A stretch of 64,000 nt of DNA from Zygnema circumcarinatum SAG 698-1b (taxonomy: Eukaryota; Plantae; Zygnematophyceae): contig CM074812.1 in NCBI GenBank assembly GCA_037447605.1, positions 1,178,001 to 1,242,000 on the forward strand, given 5' to 3'. Of this stretch, positions 16,329 through 35,006 are shown piece by piece. The notes beneath the pieces are model-generated. The model ran no database searches and was not told the DNA's origin. It saw nothing but the letters and a program-made list of their open reading frames with translations. The position numbers and the translations under genes are program-made. How positions within the stretch are numbered: position 1 is the first letter of the stretch; every line of letters starts with the position of its first letter.

Positions 16329-17310
16329 TCCCTCTCCCTCTCCCTCCCCTTCCCCCTCCCACTCTCTCTCTAATTGTTCTCTCAATCCATTTCCAGTCAG
16401 TTATTTGGGTTACGGAACATCGGGTTCACACCTGATATAAACCGCCGGCTTGTACAATTGCAAAGCTCGCTTTTATGAAGCAATTTGACATAATCAATTT
16501 TTTAAGTTGGTGTCGACCATTACGGTGTACTGTAGTTGTAGTGTGTAGGGTATCCAAAGAGCTGAGCCCTGCTCCGCGTGTGTAGTGCCGAGAGAAGAGC
16601 TGCTGAGGACATGCAAGGAGAAGAGATGTTCTTGGAAGCGACCATGAGGAAGGGGAGAGGGAGAGAGCGCGATAGGGAGTGAGAGAAAGAGAGAGGGAGA
16701 GGGGGGAGAACGCCCCCTTCCTCTCTCTACTGATCCTCGTAGGGGAGAAATAAAGAGAGTGACGATAGAGAGACGAGTTTGCAGAACCATTTACGCTTTT
16801 CCTGCTTCCCCTTTTTTAAAAGGATTTTGTACCATCTCTTTCTTTTAGAAACTAGTGTTGCAGTTTGGTGTTCCGAGCATTCTAGTTTTGCGTTACAAGG
16901 CGGGAATTGCACTCCGCTTATTTGTAACGAAAAAAAAACAAGGTTGAATTTTGAGTTCGCAGTTTTTATCTTGCTGAAGGCCTTCTAAATGGACTCTGAC
17001 ATTGGGAAAACAAAATGAAAGGAAATTATTGGCACAAAAATTGAAATTACCACAAAAAAGATGTCTCTACAAGCCTTGGGGCATGAAATCTCCACCTGCT
17101 AAACATACATGTCTAAACCTAAGGGTAAACCAATACTGGAAAAAAGAGAAAACTCTCCTTCGTCTTCTTTCAAGAGAGGCCTGTTCCTAAGGAAAGATAG
17201 AAGAATGTTCCTAACTTAGGTCACTCGCAGATGAGAAAAGCTCGTGGCTACAAAAACAAATGCGCAAGCAATGTGAGCAGCTACGGCAGAGGAGCCTTAA
17301 CTGCTGCCTC

Positions 17311-18063
17311 TTAGAATGGAACCTGTGCGTCTGCAGCGTCAGCCACAATAGGCAGACGGGGCGTTTTCCCAAATAGACATGAGCCAACACCGAAGACAAA
17401 GCACGCAAAGAGGTAGATGAAGACAGTGTTGTACATGAGAATGATTAGGTCTATCCCAACTCCTCCGGTCGGCGCTATTAGTCGCTCCACAAGGGCGGGT
17501 AATATGATAAGAATATCAAGAATGATGGCCTGCATGCAGTTGTACCGCACGTACCGGCTCAGGCTCTGGTTCTGGATGACGCCAAGGTACAGAACGAAGA
17601 AGGCCAGAAATCCGGCGTATGGGAAGCTGGAGTAGGCCTTGATAAGGGGGAAAATTGGCTGAAAGATGGCATAGCTTGCTGGATATTGAAGGAATAGGTA
17701 ACGGCCATACCGTATGCCATCCAGCAGGGGGAGAAAATAGCCCGCAGCTGCAATTACTCGCTGAGGAGCACTGACAGAATCATCACTTCTCGCAGTAACG
17801 CGCAGTGGCTGCCGGCTGACAGAAGGCAGACGGCGGCAGGGTGAGAGGGCGGGGAGGAACACATTGGATGTGGAGGGAAGAGAGGGAGTCACCCGAGGGG
17901 TATGGCGGGAGAGAAGTGCTTGGGGATTCACAAGGGGGGCAACGGGTAGGGTGCTAATTCTGCAACTTATTCCATTAGGACGGCGGTTGCAAGTAAACGA
18001 TGATGAGGAGAAGGAGTTTGCGGCAATAGTGGTGCCAGGAGCGAAGAAAGATACTGAAGCCAT
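17311..18063 (-). CDS. TIC20-V: Tic20-V-like chloroplast inner-envelope protein (250 aa, no intron in CDS)
   Basis: Ser/Pro/Arg-rich transit peptide, then QRVIAAAGYFLPLLDGIRYG..FPYAGFLAFFVLYLGVIQN..SRYVRYNCMQAIILDILIILP..GKTPRLPIVADAADAQV, characteristic of Tic20-V/Ycf60. Confidence 0.9.
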   Translation of the reverse strand: MASVSFFAPGTTIAANSFSSSSFTCNRRPNGISCRISTLPVAPLVNPQALLSRHTPRVTPSLPSTSNVFLPALSPCRRLPSVSRQPLRVTARSDDSVSAPQRVIAAAGYFLPLLDGIRYGRYLFLQYPASYAIFQPIFPLIKAYSSFPYAGFLAFFVLYLGVIQNQSLSRYVRYNCMQAIILDILIILPALVERLIAPTGGVGIDLIILMYNTVFIYLFACFVFGVGSCLFGKTPRLPIVADAADAQVPF

Positions 18064-19129
18064 TGCCAGAATAAGGGGAAAGGATGACAGGGCGAAATTA
18101 GGTTTTGAGGACACTTCAATCCGAGGCGAGAAACGCTCCAACCCTTCTTCTTAAATTCTGAGGTAGTGGAGCACCGAGCGACGAGGCGTGGCCCAAAAAT
18201 GTGCCTGTGAATGTAAAAGGTTTTGGAACCCGTCAGTGAGCTGAATAAAAGCGTGGAATTGCATGGGTGCAGAGCCAGAACGGATGAGAAAAAAAGGGTT
18301 GGGCACAGCGAATGAAATACAGAGAGGCAAGGACATGGGGGGCAAAGGACAATGAAAATGATGACAGCAAAGCACTCGCAAGTGTGGAAAGAAAGCAAAT
18401 AAACATTTCGTTGGCAACAGAAGGAACCATAAAAACCGAACAACAATGCGAAGGCGATGTGTATAAGTAACGACTTCACCAATCGAAGGAAAAGAACATT
18501 AGTAGACAACAAAGCTAGATAGACGACCGCAACAGCTGAGCAGCAGGCATTTGGAAACTTACAAATAGTCATGGTCACAGGATGTGAGATGCAAGAAGTG
18601 ACTAGCAAGTAGAGACGAGAAAACATAAACTAGTCGAATGAGGAAACAGGGGCTTCTAATCGTTATTAGTCCTACTTGGCCTCAATAAACTCGGTGCAAA
18701 CTGCGACATTTATCCGGCACAGAAGTTGCACTTTCCATTATGCCTTTAATTTAGCACGTAATAACAAACAGATAACAGAGAACATGGTTTTAGGAACCAA
18801 GACAACTCTCGATTTCCATGCAGCGTTTCCAAGGTACAAGCGTAACTGGTGGAGTGAACAACTTTTAACTTCAAAAGTGGAGGAAAAAGGGAAAAACAGC
18901 AACGTCAACTTCAACAGCAACGTCAACTTCAAAGCAAGCGACTCACCGCAGCGTTGTGCAAAAAGCTATCAGTCGATTACTTGAGCCCTGCTTTGTTCTT
19001 CTGCTCGCGACCGAAGGAAAGCGACCGATAGCGCTGTAAACAAGCGACCGCAAGGTCCGTTAGGCAAAGAAGAGGCACCATAAAACAAGTGAGCAACAAG
19101 AGCTTCAAGCGCAGTTGCTGCTCAGCTTT

Positions 19130-19417
19130 ATGGCTACATATCCCTTCCTTCTGGCCTTCAAGACGGGGAAAGGAAAGACGAATAGCGCTGTATCCAAGAA
19201 AAAAACTGCTTACTTTTATTACAAAGAGCACGAAAGGTCCTCGCTGAGAAGCAGCCTCACCTTGTGCCCCTTCCCTCTCCGGACTCTCCCTCCACCGTCC
19301 TTAGTGCAGATGCGAGGCGGAGCAGGAGCTGCGGTGCGCGGGCGGAGGCAGATCCAGCGGATGTGCCTTCAAAATGCAGCTTTTTGAGACGGAGGCTGTA
19401 GAGCAGGACCATGCTTG
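19130..19417 (+). CDS. Possible small two-exon ORF (~71 aa) of unknown function
   Basis: ATG at 19130, GT donor at ~19237, pyrimidine-rich intron ending TTAGTGCAG at ~19309. Splicing gives MATYPFLLAFKTGKGKTNSAVSKKKTAYFYYKEHERCEAEQELRCAGGGRSSGCAFKMQLFETEAVEQDHA*. No family recognised. Confidence 0.25.
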
Positions 19418-21496
19418 AAGTTGCTCTCCCTCCCTCCCTCCCTCCCCTCGTACTGTGCCTCTGTGCATCATCAATTCATCATGCATGAAAACTTTTGCAT
19501 TGTGCAAATGTTTGTTTGTTCCAAATATGGATGGATGAGCTCAATCATCGTCATCATTCAATCATGGTTTCATTTGTGACTCCAACATAATATGGATTGT
19601 TTAAAGTCAACCCTTAAGTTGTCGAGCTGAGTTTCAAGTCATGATCGCATGTCACATCAAAAAGTTGTGACCACATGGTTTTTGTTATATCTTTACAACG
19701 TCTTTGTGAATTTTCTCAATCATGGATGGTTATTTGCCATTGCTTTTCTTGTGCATTGTTGGCGGGAGAGTCCACCTCCACACTCGAAGCTCGGGAATGT
19801 TGAAGCTTGAGGTTGAGGGTCCTAAAACCTTTCACTTTGCAGGTTGTGAATAGCAGATGTGTCGCAGCTTGAGAGAAAACAACGTTCATATCACTATTGA
19901 GTGTTCATCCAAAAACCAATTCACAGCAGCTTGACATCATCCTCTGTAGAGTGACTTTCACAGGTCGGCCCATCGGATGGACCGTCAAAGTGGTGTTGGC
20001 AATGGTTGTAACCATTGGATTTCACATGATGACTACCACTGCCAATGGGGACCTAATCAAGCGCAAAAACTGAAGGAGAAAAAGCCTTGAATGTAAGCAT
20101 TTAATATATTAGCCGTGTAACGCTCAAGACATTGCGTATCTGCACTCGTGCAACAGACCCCTTGCCAGGTCCTGTACAATCCTTTTTCATGCTGATATAC
20201 AGTAGAGCAAAGTTAATGTTGAAAAAGAATTCCTGAAATAGGTCGACCTGCCAGTCGCCGGCTGTGTATGAACCCTGCTCCAAGCATAAACAGCTATTCT
20301 GGTTTTTGAGAGTGAAGACTTCAGAGGCCCCTTCTGCCGTTTCCAAGGACATCATGCTCTAACGAAGAACTGAGTTCCTGACTTACCGTCAGCTGGGAGT
20401 CGATATACTTGACACATGCTAGGCCACGCTACACATCAACCTCATGCAAATGGACAGAGCAGCCACTTAGCTGACCTTTGAAGGTTCGTACTGTTCAGCA
20501 AGCGAGGAGGACCGTAGCATAAGAAACGTACAGGCTTACCGTTGGCATTTGGCACTTCCACCATCGGTGCCTAAAGAATTAAGCTGACCTAATTGCTCGT
20601 GCAGAAAAACATCGGTGTGTAGTTGCAAGAGTCCTAAATTTGGAATAGAAACTACAGCTGTGAAAACAAAGCATGACTTTTGCAACCACCGCACAAGAAA
20701 GAGATATCATCAACTATTGCGACGCAGGGTCCACTTTCATGTGGGCAAAATGAAAACTTTTCTAACGTTTTGCGGACGTCGGGAGCCCAGGCACGGTTTT
20801 AGGGTTTTCAGGGTCGCGGTTCCCAGATTTCAATTGAATGCCTCGAAAATGGGCCAAAACCACCTCTAAAAAGTGAGAAAGATGTATTTACTTCCACTTG
20901 GCGAGCATTGGAGCAAGAGATTTTGACCTGCTATTGCCTGACAGCAGTCCAGCACACGGTGTCTGAAAAGGTTTCATTTTGCCACCGGCCCCCTTCCGAC
21001 CTCTCCCCAGTTTCAAGATGGTGCCGCACATGCGAACGGCTGGCAACTTTTGTTAGAAGCCTGAATCGACCTGGGTTTGCAGCTACAGAAAGAAACTGGA
21101 AAAGAAGACAGACCCTCAGACAAAGCGACAGTCAAGAAATCAGAACCATATGCAGGAACTGTTGCGACGGTACCCATCAGACAATTATAGACACAGGACA
21201 CTTACCGCGTGAAACATGGAAATCTCTTTAAAAAGTCCACACGCTTGGGCCCTGGTAGTTTCTGTACAGTTACAAACCGGCAAAATAGTGCCTTCTGCAT
21301 CCAGTATGTTCTCACTCAGACTAGGATACTCCACGACAAAAAATGGAGCCAAAATTCTACTGCTACAATGCTTGACGGATATAGAGGGTGCTATCCAAAC
21401 AACGGTGGCTCAACACATTAAGAAGGGTATTCCATTCAGAGCAGTCAAAGTGATAAAATGAGTTTCATGGTACGAGCCTGCTCTGCCCTTTCGCAG

Positions 21497-22383
21497 TCAC
21501 TCAAATGCCCACTGATTCTCACGCCTGACCTCTTCCTCCTCCTCTGGAGTAAAGTCATTCTTAATGTTGAACGTCCGTCGAATCTCCTCAGGAGTCTTCC
21601 CCTTGATCATGTCCGCCACGGTCTGACAAGTGAGATCTAACAGGCTCTTGATATTCAGATAGTTGGCGGCCTACAAACACAGACAACAAGAACATATTGG
21701 CAGGGTCAGAAGAATGACAGAAGCTTAGTCGCTAAAAAGGAAGCCCAAGACTCTCCAGTATGTCAGTGGCGCGGAGCAAGAACCGTACAAGAGTGCAACG
21801 TAGCACAAATGACAGACTAGGTGCATTAAAGTAACACTGACCGGCACTCTCAGCAACGGTGTCTTGTAGTGCAGAATCGCAAAACACATTAGGTCAAGGT
21901 AGTAACAAGGTTTATTATCTTTCCCAGCAGTCAAAATTGAGGAAAGAAGACATCTCGACGGCTATTTGAGCATATGATTAATTCTCTTCATTCCAACCGA
22001 ACACTTGCCATCAAGAAGTCCACGTCGTGTAAAGGAAACGAGCAACAAAAAAAGCAGTCATGAAGGAAACTACTTACCAAAATAAGGTCGAAGAGGACAG
22101 CCTGCTCCACCTTCACAAAATCGGCATCCCAAGCCTTGAGCTCCTCCTCCGCCGTCGCACTCGGCTTGTCTCCTGCTGCTTTGTTCGCCTCCACATGCTT
22201 CTTGCAATACTCAATTACTTTCGCCAAAATCCTGCTGCTAACGTTCGGTAAAGGAATACCGCGATCTGTCTGCACATCATCCAGCATATTCTTCACTGTC
22301 TCTGACATCAGAGCGACTTCTTTGTCTACTTCAAACATTTCATCCTCGAGGCTCTTAAGCTTGACCGTTTCCTCTGAACCCAT
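21497..22383 (-). CDS. SKP1: SKP1/ASK1, SCF ubiquitin-ligase adaptor (exons 22383-22078 and 21670-21497; 159 aa)
   Basis: [39 protein letters not shown]|[57 protein letters not shown]. Confidence 0.98.
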
Positions 22384-22700
22384 GCTGCGCAGCGGCACGA
22401 TTTTATGCAGACAGCAGAAGATAAGTCCTCTTCCTTCCTCCCTCTCTCCCTCTTTCCCACTTCCTCTACCTCTCCCTCTCCCTCTCCCTCTCCCACTAAT
22501 TGCCCTTCCTACCCCAGTCCTGCCCTCCTCTCCGCCTACCCTCCCTCCCTCTCTATCGAAAGCGTAACGCTCTCACTCTTGAAACGGCCCTTCATTGCCG
22601 GCTGCTTTTAGGGCTGCCTGCGGTGTTGCGCCGTTGCGGCGTGGAGCTTTCCGCTCCCAACTTGTTTCGTGTGTCCTTAGGTCCAATGGTCCTTTGATTG

Positions 22701-22966
22701 GGCATTGATCTCACGATGGCGATGGCCATGAGGCCATCAAATGTGCATGGCCAACATGAGCATGGGGAACCACGAGGAATGGGCGCAGGGGGACCTAAAC
22801 ACAAACGAAAAAAACGCAACGGCGCAACAACGCAAAAGTAGATGAAAGTCCCTCAGAAGACTTAGGAATCTTGTGCTTGGGTCCTTTGCGACCAGTTCCT
22901 CGTGGTTCCCCATACTGATGCTGGCTATGTAACATTTGATGGCCTCGCCATAGTGAGATCAATGCC
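22701..22966. mobile_element. ~266-bp foldback/MITE-like element with ~95-bp imperfect inverted arms
   Basis: The left arm GGCATTGATCTCACGATGGCGA..GGCCATCAAATGT..ATGGGGAACCACGAGGAA pairs with the right arm TTCCTCGTGGTTCCCCAT..ACATTTGATGGCCTCGCCATAGTGAGATCAATGCC. No clear TSD. Confidence 0.75.
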
Positions 22967-23720
22967 ATGTTCCTTCCTGAGAGAGATCCATATGCCACTT
23001 TCATTCTTTTACATTTGATGGCCTTGCCATCGTGAGTTCAAACAAACATCTTCCCCTTTCTTTCATGTCCCTCATTCCAACAAAGTGGACATCTTCGTTG
23101 CGGACTGCGGACGGCCAGGATCGCGCCACGTCCGCCCTGCTGGCATTCAGGACGCTGTGTACCGTCAGATTCGCTGGCAATACAGGAGGTATGGGCATGG
23201 GATAAGGAGGGGGCGAGGGAGGGAGTTGCACTTACAGCTGTCGTCCCTCTCTCGGCCATGGCGCTGTAGCTGTAGGTGGCCTTCGTCTTCCTGCTCCAAG
23301 GGGAAGGGTGTAAGCGAGGTCTCTCGGTGCAGTCGGGGCATCATTTTGACTGGGAGGGAAAGTGCTTCTTCTGAGGTGAGGTGAGGTTAGGGTTCCCGTA
23401 TGCTGTCGCTTCTCGCTTTGACCGGTTGAATCAAAACAGTGAATGTAATAGTTGGCAGCAATTTGTTGGCAATGGACGAATGCGAGCATATTCGTTGAAT
23501 GCTTTCTCTGCTTAATCTTTTGTCTGGATGGCGATATAGATGAGTTTTTGACACCTATTGGAACTTTATCCTCAACGCGGACACCCCTTGATAAGGGATG
23601 GATGAGCCGAGCATGCTGATTGATTTTTTTCTCTGTTTGTTCAATCGCCTGGCTGCCGATATCAAGGTCCCGTTTGTCGCTTTCTTGATGTCTACGGTTG
23701 TTCGTTTGGTATGCAGCTCA

Positions 23721-30790
<7,070 letters not shown>

Positions 30791-33119
30791 TTATGGAAAG
30801 GAGGATGAATAGAGAGGTATTCTTCAATGATGGTCCGCGTGTTTTGCAATGTACCCTTTGTCAGCTGGGCAGCATGCTGAGTGGAAGCTCAGATTGCTGT
30901 AGAGTCTTGTACCCGATCGCTTGCGCCTGACTTGTGGTCTAGGTGTAACGTGCTTAGGAGAAGGCTGGGTGGATATGGGCATACAGACAGGATGTTTGAG
31001 CAGGCTAGCTGAGCAGTTTCTGAGGGAAAGACACTCATTGAAGTTTCCCGGCTTTGACTCTTGTTGCACCATTGTCGGTGCTGGAAGCGATACATGGAGA
31101 AAGGTCCCCTAGGTGCGATTTCTGGGCGGCGAGGGAGGGGCCTGGCCCAGCTGTCTACTGCCTTTGGCATCATGGTGGCATCTTTTGAAAACAGAGTGCC
31201 AGAAGGGTGGACTCTTTGTGCCCGTAAGACAAACGCTCCAATTATCTTGTTCTTTTTCATTGATGTCTCTACCTGCTGTAGTTTGATCTCCATGGATAAT
31301 GCGCGTTGCCGTCACTGTCTCTCCCCCCGAATTTAAAAATATAAGAGAAAATATATTGTTTAGGTTTGATGTTTCGAGTGTGTGTTTCCGGTGATCTTTC
31401 CGACAGTTCTGGCTCGTTTTCTCCACGTAATGGAATGGATCTCCTTTCAGTTGGATGGTTATATGATTTTTATTGCTTTCTTGATCTATTACATTTGGAA
31501 TGTGTGGCACGATGCTTGCCTTCTGCACTTGGGAAAGTGAATGACGTGACAGCCTTGGAAATTCTGAAACTTGAATCTTGTATGTCAGTGCTGTTGTCTG
31601 GCCCCCACTTCCACCTCCTTGAAAGAGTGTAACGCTGCATAGGTGAGAAGCTTGTATATAGTTTAAATATGGATGATTTTTTGTCAAATTTTGATGGGAG
31701 TATTGATAAGGATCTTCTGGGAACTTATATGAGTGTCAACGAGATTCTTTCAAGTTGATGTTTTGTGTACATTTCGATGCGTTTCATTGGGGTTTTTGTT
31801 ACGGTTGTTTGTTGCTCGTCTGTCCGAATATTTGTAAAACTCCTTGTGCACTAAGCACCTTGTGCATTTTCTGATGCTGATCTTGTGGTGAGATTTGCAG
31901 CGCAGGGATAATCATCCTACTTTTCTTTTCGTAATGGCTGAGCATTTGCTTCAAAAACCGCATTTAGGAAAGAAAATTTGGTTTCAGCTCCCTCTTTGGC
32001 GGTTCTAACTTATTGAAGAAATAAATGCTGTGGTTCGTCCAGCGAGATGAAGGTTGACTTTGTATCTCATGTCTGACCTTTATTTCAACTTGTTGATGGC
32101 AGCTGCTAAAAGAGGAGCTTCATCCCGTCGTGGTGGGCACTGATGTTTCATCCTGCAGTAAGTCGAATGTCTTTAAAGTCTGTTCAAGTGCTAACATGTT
32201 TGCAAATTTAAAGGTCAATATGAAGTTTCACCAAATCAGCTAGGCATGGAGGTTTGGTTAGCGACGTGTCCATAAGGCATCGGGATGGTGTTGTGCATAC
32301 CTCTTTGCGATAAAAGCGTCTTTTGGTATTGGTTGAGAGCAGATGAATTGAAGAAATTGTTGTTTCGACAGAATCAAATCTGAAATGATTTTTTGTGTCC
32401 CAATCGTTCCGGATTGTGGTATGTCATAGCGGGATATGTTGCAAAGTCTTCGCGTACTCCGTACTTGGCAGCCTGCAACTGAAATACTGGCTGGGCTTTA
32501 CGACTGATTCATGCAGAACTTGACAGCATATTTTGTTTTCAGTGCACGTTTGGGTGACGCCGCTACTTTGCAGTGAGAAACTCTTAAGCTGTCCATCTAT
32601 TCAGTCTTTTTCCACCCGGACTGCCAACTTTTCTTACTGTTTTAGTATCAACTCCTTTCACTCTAATATCTCACCAGCCGTGTCTCCTTCGTTCTCTTTC
32701 CACTTTCTCTCACCTTCTCCTCCGTTAAAAGTCAATTGAATATGCTGCTGCAACCTGGGCTGGTGGGCAATCACACCTATTTTGTAAGTAGCACCTCGTG
32801 CTGCTTCTTTGAACTCGTGTGAATTGAACTGTTCAAATTGTCCATGTGGTGTTCATTTACCAAACACCCCTTTCCAAGAACTGAGGCTCATGGTGCAATG
32901 TGCTTCAGATAGCCATGCTGGGCCGAGTGCTCCATACTGCTCTTACCCTAAGATCCCCTTGATGCCAACATTCCTTGATTGTACATTCTAATCGCTTGGC
33001 ATTCATGAGATGCAGTGCAGAAACGTCTTTTGTTCGATCGACACTTGCTCTATCCTAATTTCTGTTTCAGGTTTAAAGAAACTCTTTCAGCTGCTCTGGA
33101 CAGCTGAATGAACCTATCG

Positions 33120-33830
33120 CTGTCCATGGCAATTCTATTGCTTCTGACCATACAAGCAGGGTTTTCTACCTTCTGTGGCTCAAAGGGTCCTTGATTTGGC
33201 AAGAGCTTCGGTCTGCACTGCGGGGAAGCCCAAGTCAAACCGCCGCAGTCAAGCAGATTTCCTTTTGGTCCAATTTAGGTTGTGGACCTCAGTAGAGCGT
33301 GGATTACAGGCGAGGAAAACCTTTGCAGGAGAAGACTCCTTCAGGTACACGCCATATCTAATTTCCGTAGGGATTAGATTTAGACAAGGGCTTTATGCCC
33401 CAGACAAGCTTAAGGACCGAGGGGGGGCTGGGGGAATTGGAGAGTACTCTTATTGTGGTAGTAGAATGCTTAGGTCAAGTATTGGCTCGGGTTAACATAG
33501 ACTTAAGTGATTGAGAACATCTTGGGATCAGGTCAACACTGCCAAGTGATCAATACTCTAGTTTCTAGGGATTTGAGGGTTTTTCCTTGGAGGTCATTGG
33601 GTGCCTAAGGCCGCTTAGGGCTCTCCTCTCTTATTGCAGTTTACGGGGCTGGAGTAGCAAAGCAAGTCCTAGTTTGGAGGTGGGGAGGTGACAGTTGTGG
33701 AGACTTGTCGAGAGGCAAGTGGGCTCATAACGCTGGCAAGCTCTCTGAGCATGATGGGAGACTTTCGAATGATTTCCACCAAAAGGCAGTGGCAGTTAAT
33801 CCGGGGTTTTTTTGGGTTTTCTGGGTTTGT
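33120..33830 (+). pseudogene. Possible highly decayed LINE (L1/Tx1-like) ORF2 fragment
   Basis: Across frames, in the expected order: FGKSFGL..KS, SFRY..L..GI, QVINTLVSR, KW..EHDGRL.DFHQKAVA. These loosely resemble LINE post-RT motifs F..SGL.IN..KS, YLG, GR..VINSLV and W...P..GGLG. Many stops and frameshifts. Confidence 0.25.
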
Positions 33831-34670
33831 ATCATAGGGTTAAAAGGGTGCCTTTCAGGGGGCCCCTGCCCGTTGACGGCACTTAAGGATTGGCGGTTAG
33901 GGTTTGGAACAGACAATGAGAGGATTATACGGAGCAAGAAAGATTGATTGCTCTCTATGGTGTTTCCTCTCGTGATGCTTCCCACCTTCTTTCAGTGATT
34001 AGGAATATAAAGCATGGAGGAGGCACCTCTCGCCAGTTTGAACTTCTAGGCCCACTGAAAGCAGTTCTTGACTAGGGATACCGTCAGAGGACCATTTCCA
34101 TGTCATATGCGGTATTGGTTTAAAAGGACTTGTTTCGCTTTGGTCATAGCTGTATGTGAAGGGTTCAGAGGGTTGATTACTGTTGGGAGCAGTCAGAAAT
34201 CCAGATGGGTTGGTTTGTGATGTCTGCAGAGTATTTTTTAGCTCAAGAACATTTGGTTGTGCAGACGTTGCGCATTAAGCCAATAGGAAATTCCCTAAGT
34301 TAACTAATCAAACCCAGACAGTAAACTCTAGACCCAGACTATCAGACTTGGAAAAGTTTCAAGCTTTTGGAATCTGAAATCAATACATGCTTGCCCTTAT
34401 GAACTGAGTAGTGCCAGCAATATAAAAAGAACTTGTTTCTAAACAGATTCCATATCGACTTTCTCAAGTCTCAGACCCCCTGCTGCAATCATAACGCCAC
34501 CGCCTGAACTGCTGTGAAGGACTTTTATTAAGACCACGGCCACAATATTACGTACTCATAAACGGGTTTTTAGAGTTTGGAATTGACTCTCCCGTCTTGG
34601 CTTGTCCTTGGAGGTCTGGCGCCGTTTGCAAAGTAAGGCAGAGATGTGATAATTTTACCCCCTCATACAT

Positions 34671-34717
34671 GTACATTTTGATGGCATCATCGCCATCGCC
34701 ATCGTGAGATCAATGCC
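34671..34717 (+). mobile_element. Solo terminal fragment of the 22701-22966 foldback family
   Basis: ACATTTTGATGGCATCATCGCCATCGCCATCGTGAGATCAATGCC matches the element terminus. Confidence 0.75.
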
Positions 34718-34754
34718 ATATCCCTCCCCCTTTCACCCCTGCATACACAAGGCA

Positions 34755-34925
34755 TTTACAATATCGAAACCCTTACGATACATCGTATCGCCAAATGTGA
34801 CGATATACCCCAACCACGAAGCATGCCGATATACCGTATCAAAACACTATGAAAACATCGTATCGAGATACAATTTATATATCGTAGTGTGTGTTGACGA
34901 TATTCCGATATATCGAGCAAGGCAG
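34755..34925. repeat. Cluster of CGATAY/RTATCG motifs, possible hAT-like MITE relic
   Basis: About 10 CGATAT, CGATAC, ATATCG or GTATCG words in both orientations within 170 bp. Confidence 0.5.
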
Positions 34926-35006
34926 TATCTGGAGATTCTGGTGCACTTTTCGCGGCTCCAAGATAAGGTCTCTTGCTCTCCCTCCGCAGCTGCGAGCAAG
35001 GAAGCC

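Noticed and set aside
19420-21490. tRNA, snoRNA or snRNA genes in this interval and at 30800-33100
   Set aside because: No convincing cloverleaf, C/D box pair with terminal stem, or Sm-site pattern was seen by eye. An Infernal/tRNAscan run would be needed.
34704-35006. N-terminal extension of the PPR ORF
   Set aside because: It starts in repeat relics; the GCCATGG at 35007 is the more credible start.
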